DNA of 64,000 bases from Eledone cirrhosa (lineage: Eukaryota): the NCBI GenBank assembly GCA_964016885.1, contig OZ024742.1:66216001-66280000 (forward strand), given 5' to 3'. Every line of letters begins with the position of its first letter. The first letter of the stretch is position 1. Made by a program: the position numbers and the translations under genes. Under the pieces are notes generated by a model. The model did not search any database, had not been told where the DNA came from, and saw only the letters and a list, made by a program, of their open reading frames with translations. Of this stretch, positions 47,477-61,241 are shown piece by piece.

Positions 47477-48954
47477 CAAACTACACATAAAATAGACAAC
47501 CGACAATTTTCAGCAATAATATTATTGCCTCAAACATAACCGAGTCAGATAAACTGAGGAAATGATGGAGAAAGATTATTGACACCAAAACAGAAGACAA
47601 ATAAAGAAAGTTTAAAAAAGGCTTTGATAGCAAATTTCCAGAATGAAATTAGTTTTAAACAGAATTTACAATCAACGAGCAATGAGAGTGCTGATGGCAT
47701 TTGCTGCTAATTAAATGAGACATTTTATTAATTTAAAATGTGAATTCATTGCGAATGAAAACGGAACGGATTTGTCATAACGAATCTTGTTCAAAAGAAA
47801 TACTGGATACATTTCATCAAGGCAGAGAATTTATTTACATTAGAAAAACGACTAGAATGAGAGGGTTTAGCATTTATGAGTTAGGAAAGAACATTAACTG
47901 TGTAAAATGAAATAATTTTCTTGCTGCCTGGTATTAAATATCGATCGCAATCCTGTTACATGTCCTTCACCATTTGATAAATAATGGACATATTTCACCC
48001 CCGGTTATCCAGGCGAAAATGTATTAATATTGAAGGATTTGACCTCTGCTTTTTAGTAGCATTTAATTTATGATGCTAGAATGGATTAAAAGACAAGGTA
48101 TAGGAGAACGGGGAGATAGTGAATGTGCGAATAAGTTTGAGTGTATTATTTTTTCTTTCCGTTGTTTTTTTTTCTCTTCTTTTGGCTTTTATCACATGGC
48201 TACTTAGCTTATTGTACCTGTAAATTGTTTATGTAAATATTCCTTTGTTCTCTTAGTAGAGACGTTACTTCCTTCTGGAAATTCTTTAGCATTTGATACC
48301 GAAGAAATCATTAAAAACTTCCTTTTATTTACTGATGGTTTTAAACAACCTTGTCCATAATTTTTATAATCAAACTGGATGTATTGAATCATCTCTTCTA
48401 TACCACAACGCTTTTTTCTCATATCGTAGCAAAGAGTGATGCATCCAGATGCATCAGAGCGTTCTTATCTCTACATAGATATGTCAGAACAAAATCCAGT
48501 TTCACTTTGTTACTATTTCACCTACATAATGCTGAGAACCAAGACAGATTATATAAGATATTATAGTTAAGCCTGTATTGTAGACATTATTGCGCCCTTT
48601 TCTGTGTACAAATGAATAGTTAATATGGACAATACTTCGGAGTTTATTCTTTTCACAACTAAAATTTACATTTAAAAAAACTAGTTGCACCTAACCCAAA
48701 AAATATACGCACTATTCTGGCATAACAATATATATGAGTTTTTCTCTACACTGCAAGACATATATTACATTACCAGAGCAATATTCCTCATTAGAAAAAA
48801 TCTGTAGGTGTGTTAATATGTACGGAGAAACAAAAGAAACTGTTTACAATTCACTGGTACTTAGTTTCAGAACAAAAGAAACTTCTAATTAAGAAAAATT
48901 AATAAAACGGTAACTCTATTTACTTTAATATCACATAAAACATGAAATCTACGG

Positions 48955-49072
<118 letters not shown>

Positions 49073-49153
49073 TATATATAAGTAAGGTACTCAATACATA
49101 CCAGACGATTTCTCCCGAATGGAACTGTTCTAGTCCTGTAGAAGCCATTTCTG

Positions 49154-49205
<52 letters not shown>

Positions 49206-49332
49206 AAAGTTATATTTAAATTGTTGGGTTACAACGAGTAAATATTTATAACTGATATAAAAGCACTCAACAAGTATTTGGAGTATATTTACGATATTAA
49301 ATAAATGGAAATTATATTTATAAAACCATATT

Positions 49333-49399
49333 TATTTCATTATATATATTTCAGGGATATCATATTAAAAAATATGTTATGCCTTCTTCAGACAAAATA
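49333..49399 (-). ncRNA. Hammerhead ribozyme (inverted copy of 49899-49965)
   Basis: Reverse complement of the plus-strand motif. Confidence 0.6.
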
Positions 49400-49898
49400 C
49401 AATATTAACAGTCTTATAAATAGATAGATTCGACATACCTTTCAACATCGACTTGCATTTGAAAAGTTGATTTGGTAGTAAAAATATTATGGACAGTTGT
49501 AAAAAGAAAGAAAGAAAGAAAGAAAGAAAAACGAAGAAAAAGAAGAAATGCATGCAACTAAATAGAGAGAGATAGAAAGATATATAGAGAAGAAATTCAT
49601 GTAAAGAAACAGATAGAGATATATAGAGAGAGGAAAAAAATATCTATCTCCCTCTATTTTTGTCCTCTCTCTATATATCTCTATCTGTTTCTTTACATGA
49701 ATTTCTTCTCTATATATCTTTCTATCTCTCTCTATTTAGTTGCATGCATTTCTTCTTTTTCTTCGTTTTTCTTTCTTTCTTTCTTTCTTTCTTTTTACAA
49801 CTGTCCATAATATTTTTACTACCTATTTTTACTTTTCAAATGCAAGTCGATGTTGAAAGGTATGTCGAATCTATCTATTTATAAGACTGTTTATATTG

Positions 49899-49965
49899 TA
49901 TTTTGTCTGAAGAAGGCATAACATATTTTTTAATATGATATCCCTGAAATATATATAATGAAATA
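49899..49965 (+). ncRNA. Minimal type I hammerhead ribozyme, TATATA-loop variant
   Basis: TATTTTGT-CTGAAGA-AGG c ATA a CATATT tttt AATATG a TAT c CCT-GAAA-TATATA-TA-ATGAAATA. Confidence 0.6.
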
Positions 49966-50256
49966 AATATGGTTTTATAAATATAATTTCCATTTATTTA
50001 ATACCGCATATATATATATATTTATTACAGAAATGTATGTGTGTATATTTCTTTATGTGTAGAAAATAAACAAAAGCATTTTCGCACGCAGATACACATA
50101 CAAACACACCGAAAGGCATGTACAGGCAAACATTAATTATTCACGCACACACACACAGAGACACACACACACGCACGCACACACACACACAAACACATAC
50201 ACAGAGACACACACGCACACACTCACACACACACACAAACACATACACAGAGACAC

Positions 50257-50332
<76 letters not shown>

Positions 50333-51382
50333 TAATAAACAACATAACATAACTATTTCATTTACCACTGCTTTCTTGAAGGCAGATGTTATGTCTGTCT
50401 TCAGTCGTCAGAATGAATAAATAACATGGTGTTTTTATTAAATATGGATTTGAAAACAAATTTAGGAAATATGAAAGTGAGACTGAAAAAACGGGCAAAA
50501 AGGAATTATAAATAAATATCCAGAACATAAACATACACACCCTCAACCACGCGCATATACATAATAGTACGTAGACGTATACTTTCTCAGATAAGCGTAT
50601 TTGCGTCTACATGGAAATATGAGCAGGCACATAAATACATACACATACATATACACAAATATATATTCACTCAAATATGTACACACAACTACACACACAC
50701 ACATATAAAAAAGAGGGTATATATATATACACTCATATATACATACATACATACAAATCAAAAACACAAAAACAAAAAGCTCTATACATACGCGCATATA
50801 TACACATATACATACTCATACACACGTACTCATACATACCCACACACGCATACACACACATACATATATATAAAATAACAGGGTTCAATGACCTACGTGT
50901 ATATTATTTTATGTTTTACGATGACCCCCCCCCCCCACTCCTTCCCATTTGGCGACAGTGTGACATTTCTTTTTGAAGAACTGCTGGACTTTCTAACCTA
51001 GCAGTCCTTGTAGCACTGACGGAGACCATCGCTGAATATTAATATCAATGTAGTTTTTTATATTGATATTGCCTGGGCATCCACTGATGCGTTATAAGGG
51101 CCCACTTGTATGGATATCTATGGATTATATGCAAGCTTCTACATAACTTGGACATTATTTTCCCACCTTGTAGAAATCTTATAACGAAACGATCGCATGG
51201 AAAGAAAGATTTATTTAATTATGTCTCATATAAAATAATACAGCCAATTATCCACGAAATACAATATAGTTAGCACCCCAAACGTATAATTGAGATTATA
51301 CTCAGGGATATACTAATGTTTGTTGAGTGAGATGGGAGTTGGTCGGAGTATCGCTAAAAGCTTTCTCTGTTAATGTATTAAG

Positions 51383-51442
<60 letters not shown>

Positions 51443-51562
51443 GATAGACATAGAATATTCGAAAATATTCTGTATGTTTATAATAAACATTTTGAAGACC
51501 TAATCGCTATAGAATAGAATACGTCACGTATTACAATTAGATTCTCGATAAAAGCAAGGGAA

Positions 51563-51605
51563 GTAACCTACGCGTTTCATTCTTATTAGAAATCTTCAGG
51601 ATTAC
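51563..51605 (-). ncRNA. Minimal hammerhead ribozyme in pLTR
   Basis: GTAATC-CTGAAGA-t TTCT aata AGAA t-GAAA-CGCG-TA-GGTTAC, enclosed by the 16-bp stem ATTCTCGATAAAAGCA/TGCTTTTATCGAGAAT. Confidence 0.8.
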
Positions 51606-51872
51606 ATATCCAGTGCTTTTATCGAGAATGACACAGCTAGAGACTTATAGAATACTTAGCTGTGTACAGGAACTGGTTTGAAAGAGCGGTTGCCGGTCCG
51701 GCAGAAATTAGAAATTGGATTAAATGCTCTGAAATAGCGATATATATGTGAAGATAGACATAGAATATTCGAAAATATTCTGTATGTTTATAATAAACAT
51801 TTTGAAGACCTAATCGCTATAGAATAGAATACGTCACGTATTACAATTAGATTCTCGATAAAAGCAAGGGAA

Positions 51873-51915
51873 GTAACCTACGCGTTTCATTCTTATTAGA
51901 AATCTTCAGGATTAC
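51873..51915 (-). ncRNA. Minimal hammerhead ribozyme in pLTR (tandem copy)
   Basis: Identical to 51563-51605. Confidence 0.8.
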
Positions 51916-53425
51916 ATATCCAGTGCTTTTATCGAGAATGACACAGCTAAGTATTCTATAAGTCTCTAGCGCATGTGTTACATCCGGGTGCCTGTGTGTG
52001 TTTTTATTTGTTTATTTATTTGTTTATTTACATTTTACTGGTTGGTTTTTGTTCTATGTGTGTGTGTTTTCATTTTGTCCTTAATTGTAAGTTGTGATGT
52101 TGCTACTCGATTCATGTTTTCTATTTAATTTTAGTTGGAGTTCATTTATGTTTATTGCCTCTGTGATTTGTCTAAACATTGCGTCTTTTCTGTTTGTTGA
52201 TTTTATTTTTATTTCTATGTTCTCTAATTCGCCCTTATGTTCTATTTGAGCATGTTGGAGGAGTACTGATGACTCTTTTCTATCTTGAAGCTCTCCCCAG
52301 TGTTCATTTAATCGTTCTCCTTTACTACGAGCTGTCCCACCTATGTACACTATATTCTTATCTTTACATTGTCCTTCAGTACATCTTATGCTATATACTA
52401 TATTTCTAGTTTTACAGTTAATATGGGGGCTTAGTTTACAGATTATGCATTTCTTATGTATACAGGGAGGTCTTTGAAAAGGGTATGTATTACAATAATT
52501 GTTTTTATGGAGGTACCTGGTCTTTCTACTATCTTAATATTTAGTTTAAGTTTATCTAGGGCCCTTCGAAATGTGTAAGCTAATTCACCTCTAGGGGTTG
52601 TATCGATGAACATTACACTCTGGTATTTATTGCTATCATACCATGATTTTATTCTATTAACCGCATTCCTAGTTCTTTCTATTCTATTCCAAAATTTGCT
52701 CCTATACAAGGGGCAGGTCCCATTTGTATCATTATTTACCATTTTTTCCCATTTGGTTCTGGCTCCTCTATATACTCTGATTTTATCTCTCTGATTGAAA
52801 CCAGAGAACTCCATACGGTGGAGGAAGTGTTGGGGTTGCACATGCGGGACACGTTTCTCATCACCCGTACTAAATCCGCAATCAGTATGTTGATTTTGGT
52901 GTGATCCGAAACACCTGAGTTTCGGTGGATAAGATATTTGGAAGTCATGGGTTTGGCATAATGGGAATGGAGGATTTGTTTTTTGTTATTAATGGTTTCT
53001 AACCAGATCTCTGTGTCTAGTACAGGTCATCGATGGTTGGGGTGTTTGCTTGGGTAGTCTATAGTAACTCTAATACTGGTGGATGGAGTTAGCTATTTGC
53101 TGGATGCTTTCCATGGTGTTTCTCTCTAATTCCTAACTGTTCTCTAGTGGGGATGTTTTTACTACGATGTTTATATCATCGACGTAGTAAGAGTACGTTA
53201 TCAGGGTTAAGAGGGTGGTGTCTTCTAATTGTTCTTTAAGTTTAAGTTTAAGTCTATTGTCCCACCATACCATGAATAGGTTAGCTATGTCACCTGCAAT
53301 ACTAACACCAATGGCTGCTTCCGCCTCTTAAAAATAAACAAATACACACGATATCCATATATATATATATATATATATATACAATAATATTAAATTAATG
53401 GAAACTATATTTATAAAACCATATT

Positions 53426-53486
53426 TATTCTATTATATATATTTCAAATGTACCAAAACTTTGGTAAGCACTCTTCAGATAAAATA
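53426..53486 (-). ncRNA. Degenerate hammerhead ribozyme, TATATA-loop family
   Basis: TATTTTAT-CTGAAGA-(TACCA/TGGTA stem)-GAAA-TATATA-TA-ATAGAATA. Confidence 0.5.
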
Positions 53487-53542
53487 CAAAGTTTGTTTTA
53501 TAAATATTGACATAACATATCGCTTTTGCCTATATGTATATT

Positions 53543-54836
53543 GAGAAGCAGCACGATTATACCAGCTCTGAGTTGTAGCTGACCACCAGGGTAATGTCTC
53601 CCAGGCTGGCCACAATTTACTTTCCCTACTTTCCACGGTCACTTTTTTGCATGTTTCTTTCACCTGTGTCTTCCCACGATGGGACGTGTACACTTTTTTT
53701 TCTCCTATTCCTTTCCTATTTTCCCCTTCTTCCTCTCTCCTCATCCTTTCCCCCCTCTTATTCCTCCTTTCCCTCTTTTTCCTTTTCTCTCTCCTTTTTT
53801 CTCCCACTTTTCCTCTCTCTTTCTCTCTCCTTTTCCACCTGGCCTTTTGATTAACAAAAGGCCTCGGGCGCACCCGAACTACACCGATGTCCTGTAATTC
53901 AGCGCCGAAACATCGGTCCAGGAAACATTTACAGCTGACGTTGGAAACTCCTTTCTTCCTTTCTCCTCCTGTTCTATCCTTACCACCATCCTAAACCTTG
54001 TCTTTAATAACCACACAGCTCTTTTCGTTTCATAACTTGTTGTATTTACCGCTGTGACCCTACCTGCTTTGGTCGATCTAGTTTCCCTCCACACTTTCGC
54101 ATGGACCCTCCCTTCTCTCTTCCCTTCTTCTCCTCACTCTCGTTTCTGTTCTCTCTCCCTCTCTCACTGTCCATCCGGTCGGTTTTGATTGTTGATATGT
54201 TTACACGTGCCGTGGTGGTCTCTCTGTCAGCAATCTTGGCGGCACATTTTTACCACCATCGTAAAATAAACCTTCTGCATTATATGCCTTTCCCTTCTCC
54301 TCACTTTTGGTTGCCTGTGTCTCTCTCTCACTTTCTCCTGTCTATGCGAGAGGCAGCACGATTATACCAGCTCTGAGCCGTAGCTGACCACCAGGCTAAA
54401 GTCTCCTAGGTTGGTCACAACTTACTTTCCCTATTTTTCCACGGTTACTTTTTTGCATGTTTCTTTCACCTGTGTCTTCCAACGATGGGACCTGTACATT
54501 TTTTTTCTCCTATTCCTTTCCTATTTTTACCCTTCTTCCTCTCTCCTCAACCCCCCACCCCTGTTCTTCGTCCTTTCCCTCTCTTTCCTTTAACTCTCCT
54601 TTTTTCTCCCCCTTTTTTCTCTCTTTCTCCTTTTCCAACTGACCTTTTGATTAATATAGGGCCTCGGGCGCACCCGAAAAACACCAATGTCCTGTAATTG
54701 AGCGCCGAAACATCGGTCCGACAAACATTTACAGCTGACGATGGAAACTCCTTTCTTCTTTTCTCCTCCTGTTCCGTCCTAACGACCATCCTAAACCTTG
54801 TTTTTAGTAACCAGACAGCTCCGTTAGTTTCATAAC
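53543..54836. repeat. Diverged direct repeat: ~490 bp shared, ~800 bp period, unknown family
   Basis: 53543-54036 aligns with 54348-54836. Confidence 0.8.
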
Positions 54837-54844
54837 ATTTTGTT

Positions 54845-54880
<36 letters not shown>

Positions 54881-54976
54881 CCTATACACACATACAAACC
54901 CACACACACATATGTATATATATAAAAATAAATATATATACATATATATATATATGCATATATATATATATATATA

Positions 54977-55804
54977 TAAGTATGTACACGTACATACATA
55001 TATGTATACCGACGTACAGTAGTATGTATATATATATATACATACATGCACACATATATATATGCACGTATGGATTCACCGAACATTTATTATAATGCTC
55101 GGTGTGTTTGTAAACAAACATCCCGTATTAAGCCGTAGTGTCTAGCAACCACCGTTGCTAGACACTACGGCTTAATACGGGATGTTTGTTTACAAACACA
55201 CCGAGCATTATAATACATGTTCGGTGAATCCATACGTGCATATATATATGTGTGCATGTATGTATATATATATATACATACTACTGTACGTCGGTATACA
55301 TATATGTATGTACGTGTACATACTTATATTTAAGTAACAGCCGTACTAAGAGTGGGAAATGAAATATCGTTTCATTTTTTCCGTTTATCGTTTTCGGTGC
55401 ACCCGGCCGATTAACCCACTCGATATGCATATTGGGCTACTCGGCCGTCAATATGCATAAGGTAAGTATATACGTTCAACAATCTGGCAGGAAGGTATAC
55501 GTTGCTGACGATAGCTAACAAGCTTGAAACTAGTACAGCGTTCCTTTGTCAATGTTGAACAAACGAGCAACGGTGGTTGCTAGACACTACGGCTTAATAC
55601 GGGATGTTTGTTTACAAACACACCGAGCATTATAATAAATGTTCGGTGAATCCATACGTGCATATATATATGTGTGCATGTATGTATATATATATATACA
55701 TACTACTGTACGTCGGTATACATATATGTATGTACGTGTACATACTTATATTTAAGTAACAGCCGTACTAAGAGTGGGAAATGAAATATCGTTTCATTTT
55801 TTCC

Positions 55805-55806
<2 letters not shown>
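54977..55806. mobile_element. Penelope-like pLTR array (one inverted plus two direct copies) with a hammerhead
   Basis: 54977-55155 is inverted relative to 55156-55330. 55156-55385 is repeated at 55579-55806. Confidence 0.7.
55499..55541 (+). ncRNA. Minimal type I hammerhead ribozyme
   Basis: ACGTTG-CTGACGA-t AGCT aaca AGCT t-GAAA-CTAG-TA-CAGCGT. Confidence 0.8.
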
Positions 55807-55855
<49 letters not shown>

Positions 55856-56099
55856 TATATATATTTTCAAATACATACATACATACACACACACATCCTC
55901 ATACATGCACATATAGAAAAACATACAATAAATTAGATAGATGAATCTCATAGGTACATAACCCACGTATATACGTACACACGCGCGCGCGCACACACGC
56001 ACGCAATAGAAAATCAACACACGCATACATATAAACATATACGTAAATCCATACACACATATAGACACATATATACAAAAACATATATACATATATATG

Positions 56100-56140
<41 letters not shown>

Positions 56141-56143
56141 TTG

Positions 56144-56180
<37 letters not shown>

Positions 56181-56441
56181 CTATACATACACATAACACA
56201 CACACAAACACATGCATGCATACATAAACGTGCGTGTGTGTGTGTGCATAAACATATAGTCAGACAAACTATAAATACATACACGCTCGCAGGTGGGAGT
56301 ATAAAAAGTGGGGTACCAAAATATGAAAAGAGGAAAAATGATATTATACTCCTGAAGACTTGTCGGGTGCTTCGAATCAGTTATAAATATAAATATGTTT
56401 GTTGAATAACCGACAAATTAAATATCACTATGCTTATATAT

Positions 56442-56580
<139 letters not shown>

Positions 56581-56581
56581 G

Positions 56582-56641
<60 letters not shown>

Positions 56642-56909
56642 GTAATATATTATATAATAGTAATAATAATAAATTTGAAGACTAAAATCCAAAGAGGGCT
56701 CGATAAGGAAAAATATATATCAAATATATAAGAATCGTAGAGCACATATTTATTAAAATAACGGATTAAAGTTTAAGCAAAGAATCGCTGCTTTCACCCT
56801 TAACGGGATCTTCTGAAACTAACAAAGTCAATCTGTGAACGCAGAAGTGAATATTTAAAAAAACGTTGCAACCAGAGGAAGACAGGAAGACGATACTTTG
56901 GTTCGTGGA

Positions 56910-57176
56910 AACGTTCGCTGGCAAAGACCGGGAAAAAACGAATATAAACGTCATTATTTGGAGCGGTGAAAAACAATTACACGCAAAGACAAAACCACGT
57001 TTATGGTATAAAAGAAGTCGTAAACTAATATTCTATTAGGTGGTTCATAGAGACGTTCTCTGGCAATGAACGGAAAAAACGAAGATAATACGTCATATGT
57101 GGAGCGGGGAGAACAATTGCATGCAAAGACAAAACCACGTAAATGGTATAACTGAAGTCGTAGAGTAAAATTCTAA
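56910..57176. repeat. Two diverged tandem copies of a ~140 bp unit
   Basis: ACGTTC.CTGGCAA..GCAAAGACAAAACCACGT..GAAGTCGTA occurs twice. Confidence 0.7.
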
Positions 57177-57559
57177 CTAGGAAACCGAATGATTCTTGAC
57201 TTCAGAGTTAAGAATAAAGTAAATAAAATACTGTAAATGAAATTAAATAAATACATACACGCATCCATATACGTACATACACAAGTATACACAAAACACT
57301 CTCCATAGGTACACAAATACACGCACGTAAGCTAAAAAAAAAACAAAAAAAAACGCACGCACATACAGAACCCACGCAACGCCTGTACCCGCACGCATAC
57401 GAATGTATACACCAAATACACATACAAATATATATTAAAAAAAAAAGATATGTATATATATATGTGTGTGTGTATAATTAAATAAACGTATATAAATAAA
57501 TAAATACGTATATAACAAGCGCACACACATACCGTATCAAGGATGGCACGCTGCAAACA

Positions 57560-58246
57560 CCATCTTTACAGATGAGAAGTTATTCACTGTGCAGCAGTCT
57601 CACAATCATCAAAATGATCGAGTACTTGCAAAAAGTCTCAAATCAATTCCTTCAAGTGTAGGAAAAGTGTTCAGAACACAGAAACCAGCATCAGTGATGG
57701 ATTGGGCAGCCATTTCTGAAAGAGGGAAGTCTCCTATGATTTTTGTGCCTCAAGGAGTTAAAATTAACAAAAACTTTGCATAAAGGATATTTTGGAAAGA
57801 GCACTGATGCCATGGTGCATATCTGTTTGGACTCGCAAACAAGATGGCGCGACGAGCCACACTGCTTGCGTAACTCAACAGTGGTGTAGAGACCATTGTC
57901 CTGCATGGATCAGTAACGAAGAGTGGCCTCCCACATCACCAGATCTCAACCCTCTCGATTTTTCTTTACGGTCAATTTTTGAGAGTGAAGCCGGCTCTAC
58001 TCCTAGCCAAAATATTGAAACTCTAAAATGAAAACTGAATAAAATATGGGAGAAAATACCCATGGAAACTGTTCGTGCAGCCATCGAAGACTTTCCTAGA
58101 AGTCTAGGAAAACATTTCGAATAAAGTTTTGTGCAGTTGTTTAATAGTATATTACTTACTATTTGTTGAAGTCAGATCTTGAAATAAATGTTTTTTTCAA
58201 GAACTATTTGCATTTTATTTTGTAACAGTTTTTATGCCCCACCCTG
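57560..58246 (+). mobile_element. Tc1/mariner DD37D (maT-type) transposon, 3' half, pseudogenised
   Basis: FTDEKLF, QDGA..H and WPPTSPDLNPLD, with 37 residues between the second and third Asp. The probable right TIR ends ..CCCCACCCTG followed by TA. Confidence 0.85.
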
Positions 58247-58351
58247 TATATATTTATAGGTGAATATGCAACAATATATGAATATATATATATGTATAAA
58301 TACTTATACACACCCACGCACACACACACACATGCGGGCACACACACAAAT

Positions 58352-58387
<36 letters not shown>

Positions 58388-58805
58388 AGCACACGAACGT
58401 ATATATATAAATATATACGTTCGTGTGCTTGTCTATCTATGTAAACAATTTTATGTCTATAAGTATGCGAATACACGCTATCTTATAACCACGTAACAAT
58501 ACACGCCAAGATAGTCCATGGGCAACATTTGATATAGCATATGAAACAAGACAGCTATTTCAAATAAAATCTTCATGTCATTTTACTGAAATCTAGGACA
58601 ATGGTCAATCTTCTAAACATAGTAACTTCCATCAGCTTAGAGACAAGCAAAATATACTAACATGGCCATTTTCCAAGAAAGATCTATTAGTTGTAAGAGG
58701 TAAGACTTTCATGGAGCCTCGATGTGGAAAATTCTTTGTAAGTAATATATTAAGAGACGTCTTTTCTTTTTCTTCCCCTCTTTACACATCTATCTATCTA
58801 TCTAC

Positions 58806-58841
<36 letters not shown>

Positions 58842-58856
58842 ATAAATAAAGAAATA

Positions 58857-58903
<47 letters not shown>

Positions 58904-58963
58904 GTCTGTCTATCTATCTAACCGTCTGTCTGTCTGCCTACCTGTCTGTCTGTTTCTCTCTCA

Positions 58964-59073
<110 letters not shown>

Positions 59074-59484
59074 TTTTTTTTCACATTAATCATATCCTGT
59101 ATCAGTTTCTGAGTGTTAGCGAATGTGTTTGATTCTCTATATAAATGTATTTACCTATACACATACACCACATATATATATACACACATATATATATATA
59201 TACACATACATATATATATATATATACACATATGCATAAATACACTCATACACGTCCGTCCACACGTCAACCCATGCACACATACATGTATATAAAGTAC
59301 TTATACATTGAAGTGTATATGTGTACATTCAGAATAATTTACGAGTATCGTAGATGTAGATGTGTATGTATTTATGTATTTATGTATTTATGTGTGTATG
59401 TATGTACGTATGAATGTTCGCTTTCTCTTAAATTTGAGTACACTTTGACCTTCCTGGTGGCAAGGTTATTAAAGAAAATAAATT

Positions 59485-59830
59485 GTCATCCATTGACTCG
59501 CAAGAATGTTTTGCAAATTTTGAATGTGCCAGATATCGCGGCCATTTGTAGTCTATGAATTAGAGAACTGCGCTACTTGTCCACACATCCATGTACAGTC
59601 ACACTGTAAGCACCAATAATAATGGTTATGAGGCTTAAGTTGTATCTTGTATACTAGATCTGTAAATTCCTCATCAATGGTCCGTAGATGTCCTCCTTCT
59701 GTATTTATCTTAAAACGTTGACATCAAGTGGGCAGTTGTTCTCTATACCAGAGCACGTTGTCAATGTGTGGTCCCAAAACCAATATCAGCTAAGTTGTGT
59801 CTTAATTCCTGGAAAAACTTGAACTGTTAA
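59485..59830 (-). mobile_element. Old RLE-domain fragment related to the family at 1-1003
   Basis: Manual minus-strand translation gives IENNCPLDVN, KEDIYGPLMRNLQI, IIIGA and RLQMAAISGTFKICKTF. Confidence 0.7.
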
Positions 59831-59873
59831 GTTCTTCTTCCTGGATATGTCAATATTTATAAAAGAAACTTTG

Positions 59874-59934
59874 TATTTTATCTGAAGAGAGCGTACCCAA
59901 GTTTTGGTATCCTTGAAATATATATAATAGAATA
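59874..59934 (+). ncRNA. Hammerhead ribozyme, TATATA-loop family
   Basis: TATTTTAT-CTGAAGA-GAG c GTACC..GGTAT c CTT-GAAA-TATATA-TA-ATAGAATA. Confidence 0.55.
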
Positions 59935-60080
59935 AATATGGTTTTATAAATATAGTTTGCATTTATTTAATATTATTGAATATTATACTACAGAAAAACT
60001 GTCGATTTCTTTGAATCAGTTATAAACATTTATATTTGTTGAATTACCAACAAATTAAATATCCTATTTGCTTATATATA

Positions 60081-60178
<98 letters not shown>

Positions 60179-60407
60179 TATATATATAACAAAGGAATTG
60201 TGGTAAGGAACCAGATGGACCATAACGCACCAGAGTAATCAATACTTAGGGTAGTAGAGTGGGAAATAGGAAAAAGTATGACCCTGACGGCAGAGCTCAA
60301 GCCGTTTCCTATATCTATATATGTATATATATATATTATTAAGCGTTGGGACCCGATATGTGAGCTCTTTCAACAGCACTAGATATGTATATATAGATAT
60401 ATTCTTT

Positions 60408-60582
60408 GGCACTATCGGCAGAGAGTCGGACGCTATGCTTTGCAGCATAAAGTTACTTCCCTTTTCGGTCTAAGTTCAAATCCCGCCGAGGTTAACTTTG
60501 CCTTTCACACTTACTGGGTCGATAAAATAAAGTGCTTATAATACACTGGGATAATTGGTGGCCTCGTGAAAAAGGTATAAGC

Positions 60583-60588
<6 letters not shown>
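60408..60588 (+). mobile_element. SINE copy
   Basis: B box GTTCAAATCC and core GGGTCGATAAAATAAAGT. Confidence 0.8.
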
Positions 60589-60620
<32 letters not shown>

Positions 60621-61079
60621 AAAACATGAGAAGAAAGAATACTGCGTGGTTGCACATGGGTTACATATGATGAAAATAGTCCTTCATCAGTGATTTTCCA
60701 ACCTTCATTATATATATAAATATAGGAACAAGTAGGACCCCGACGGCTGAGCTCAAGCCGTTTCGACGGCTAATTCTGGACTCTCTCTCTATATATATAT
60801 CAGATTGTATGTGCGTATGTGTATGAAACTGCGTGCGCGCGCGTGTGTGTGTGTCTGTGTCTGTGCGTGCATGTGTGTGTGTGTCTGCATGAATGTGTAT
60901 GGGGAGCTGTGGGTCTACTTCAATCGTTTGAACATCTGTAACTGTAATACTAATAATTATGATTGAGGAGATGCATTATTTAATAAAAATGACATACTAT
61001 ATTTAATGCATTCAGTGTGTCTGCTCCAATGGTAAACACTCCACCACTCCTCCACGTGGATATCTCCACCCGCCACATA

Positions 61080-61184
<105 letters not shown>

Positions 61185-61241
61185 TAATAAAATAATGAAT
61201 AAACAAAGAAACAGTTCCTTATATTAAAAAAAATTCATCAT

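Larger units (their letters stand above)
49298..50003. repeat. Fold-back inverted repeat (~340 bp arms) carrying a hammerhead in each arm
   Basis: 49298-49638 is the near-exact reverse complement of 49657-50003. Confidence 0.85.
51439..53330 (-). mobile_element. Penelope-like element (Naiad-like), 5'-truncated and decayed, with tandem pLTRs
   Basis: The minus strand gives AAIGVSIAGDIANLFMVWWD, YVDDINIV, ADLVRVMRN, TPRGELA and a GIY-YIG motif VYSIRC..C..YIGGTARS..R..EH. Direct repeats at 51439-51639 and 51749-51949 have a 310-bp period. Confidence 0.85.

Noticed and set aside
48204-48566. Possible host exon in non-repetitive sequence (also 19069-19266)
   Set aside because: The ORFs are short, with no recognisable motif or convincing splice pair; an exon cannot be excluded without transcripts.
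52081-53060. Selenocysteine recoding as reported for some Naiad elements
   Set aside because: The Cys positions around the GIY-YIG motif are normal TGT/TGC codons. The one TGA noticed (~53027) is in the RT region and looks like decay.
54700-54750. Permuted hammerhead (GAAACATCGGTC..CTGACGA)
   Set aside because: Stems I and II cannot be formed, and the other copy lacks the core.
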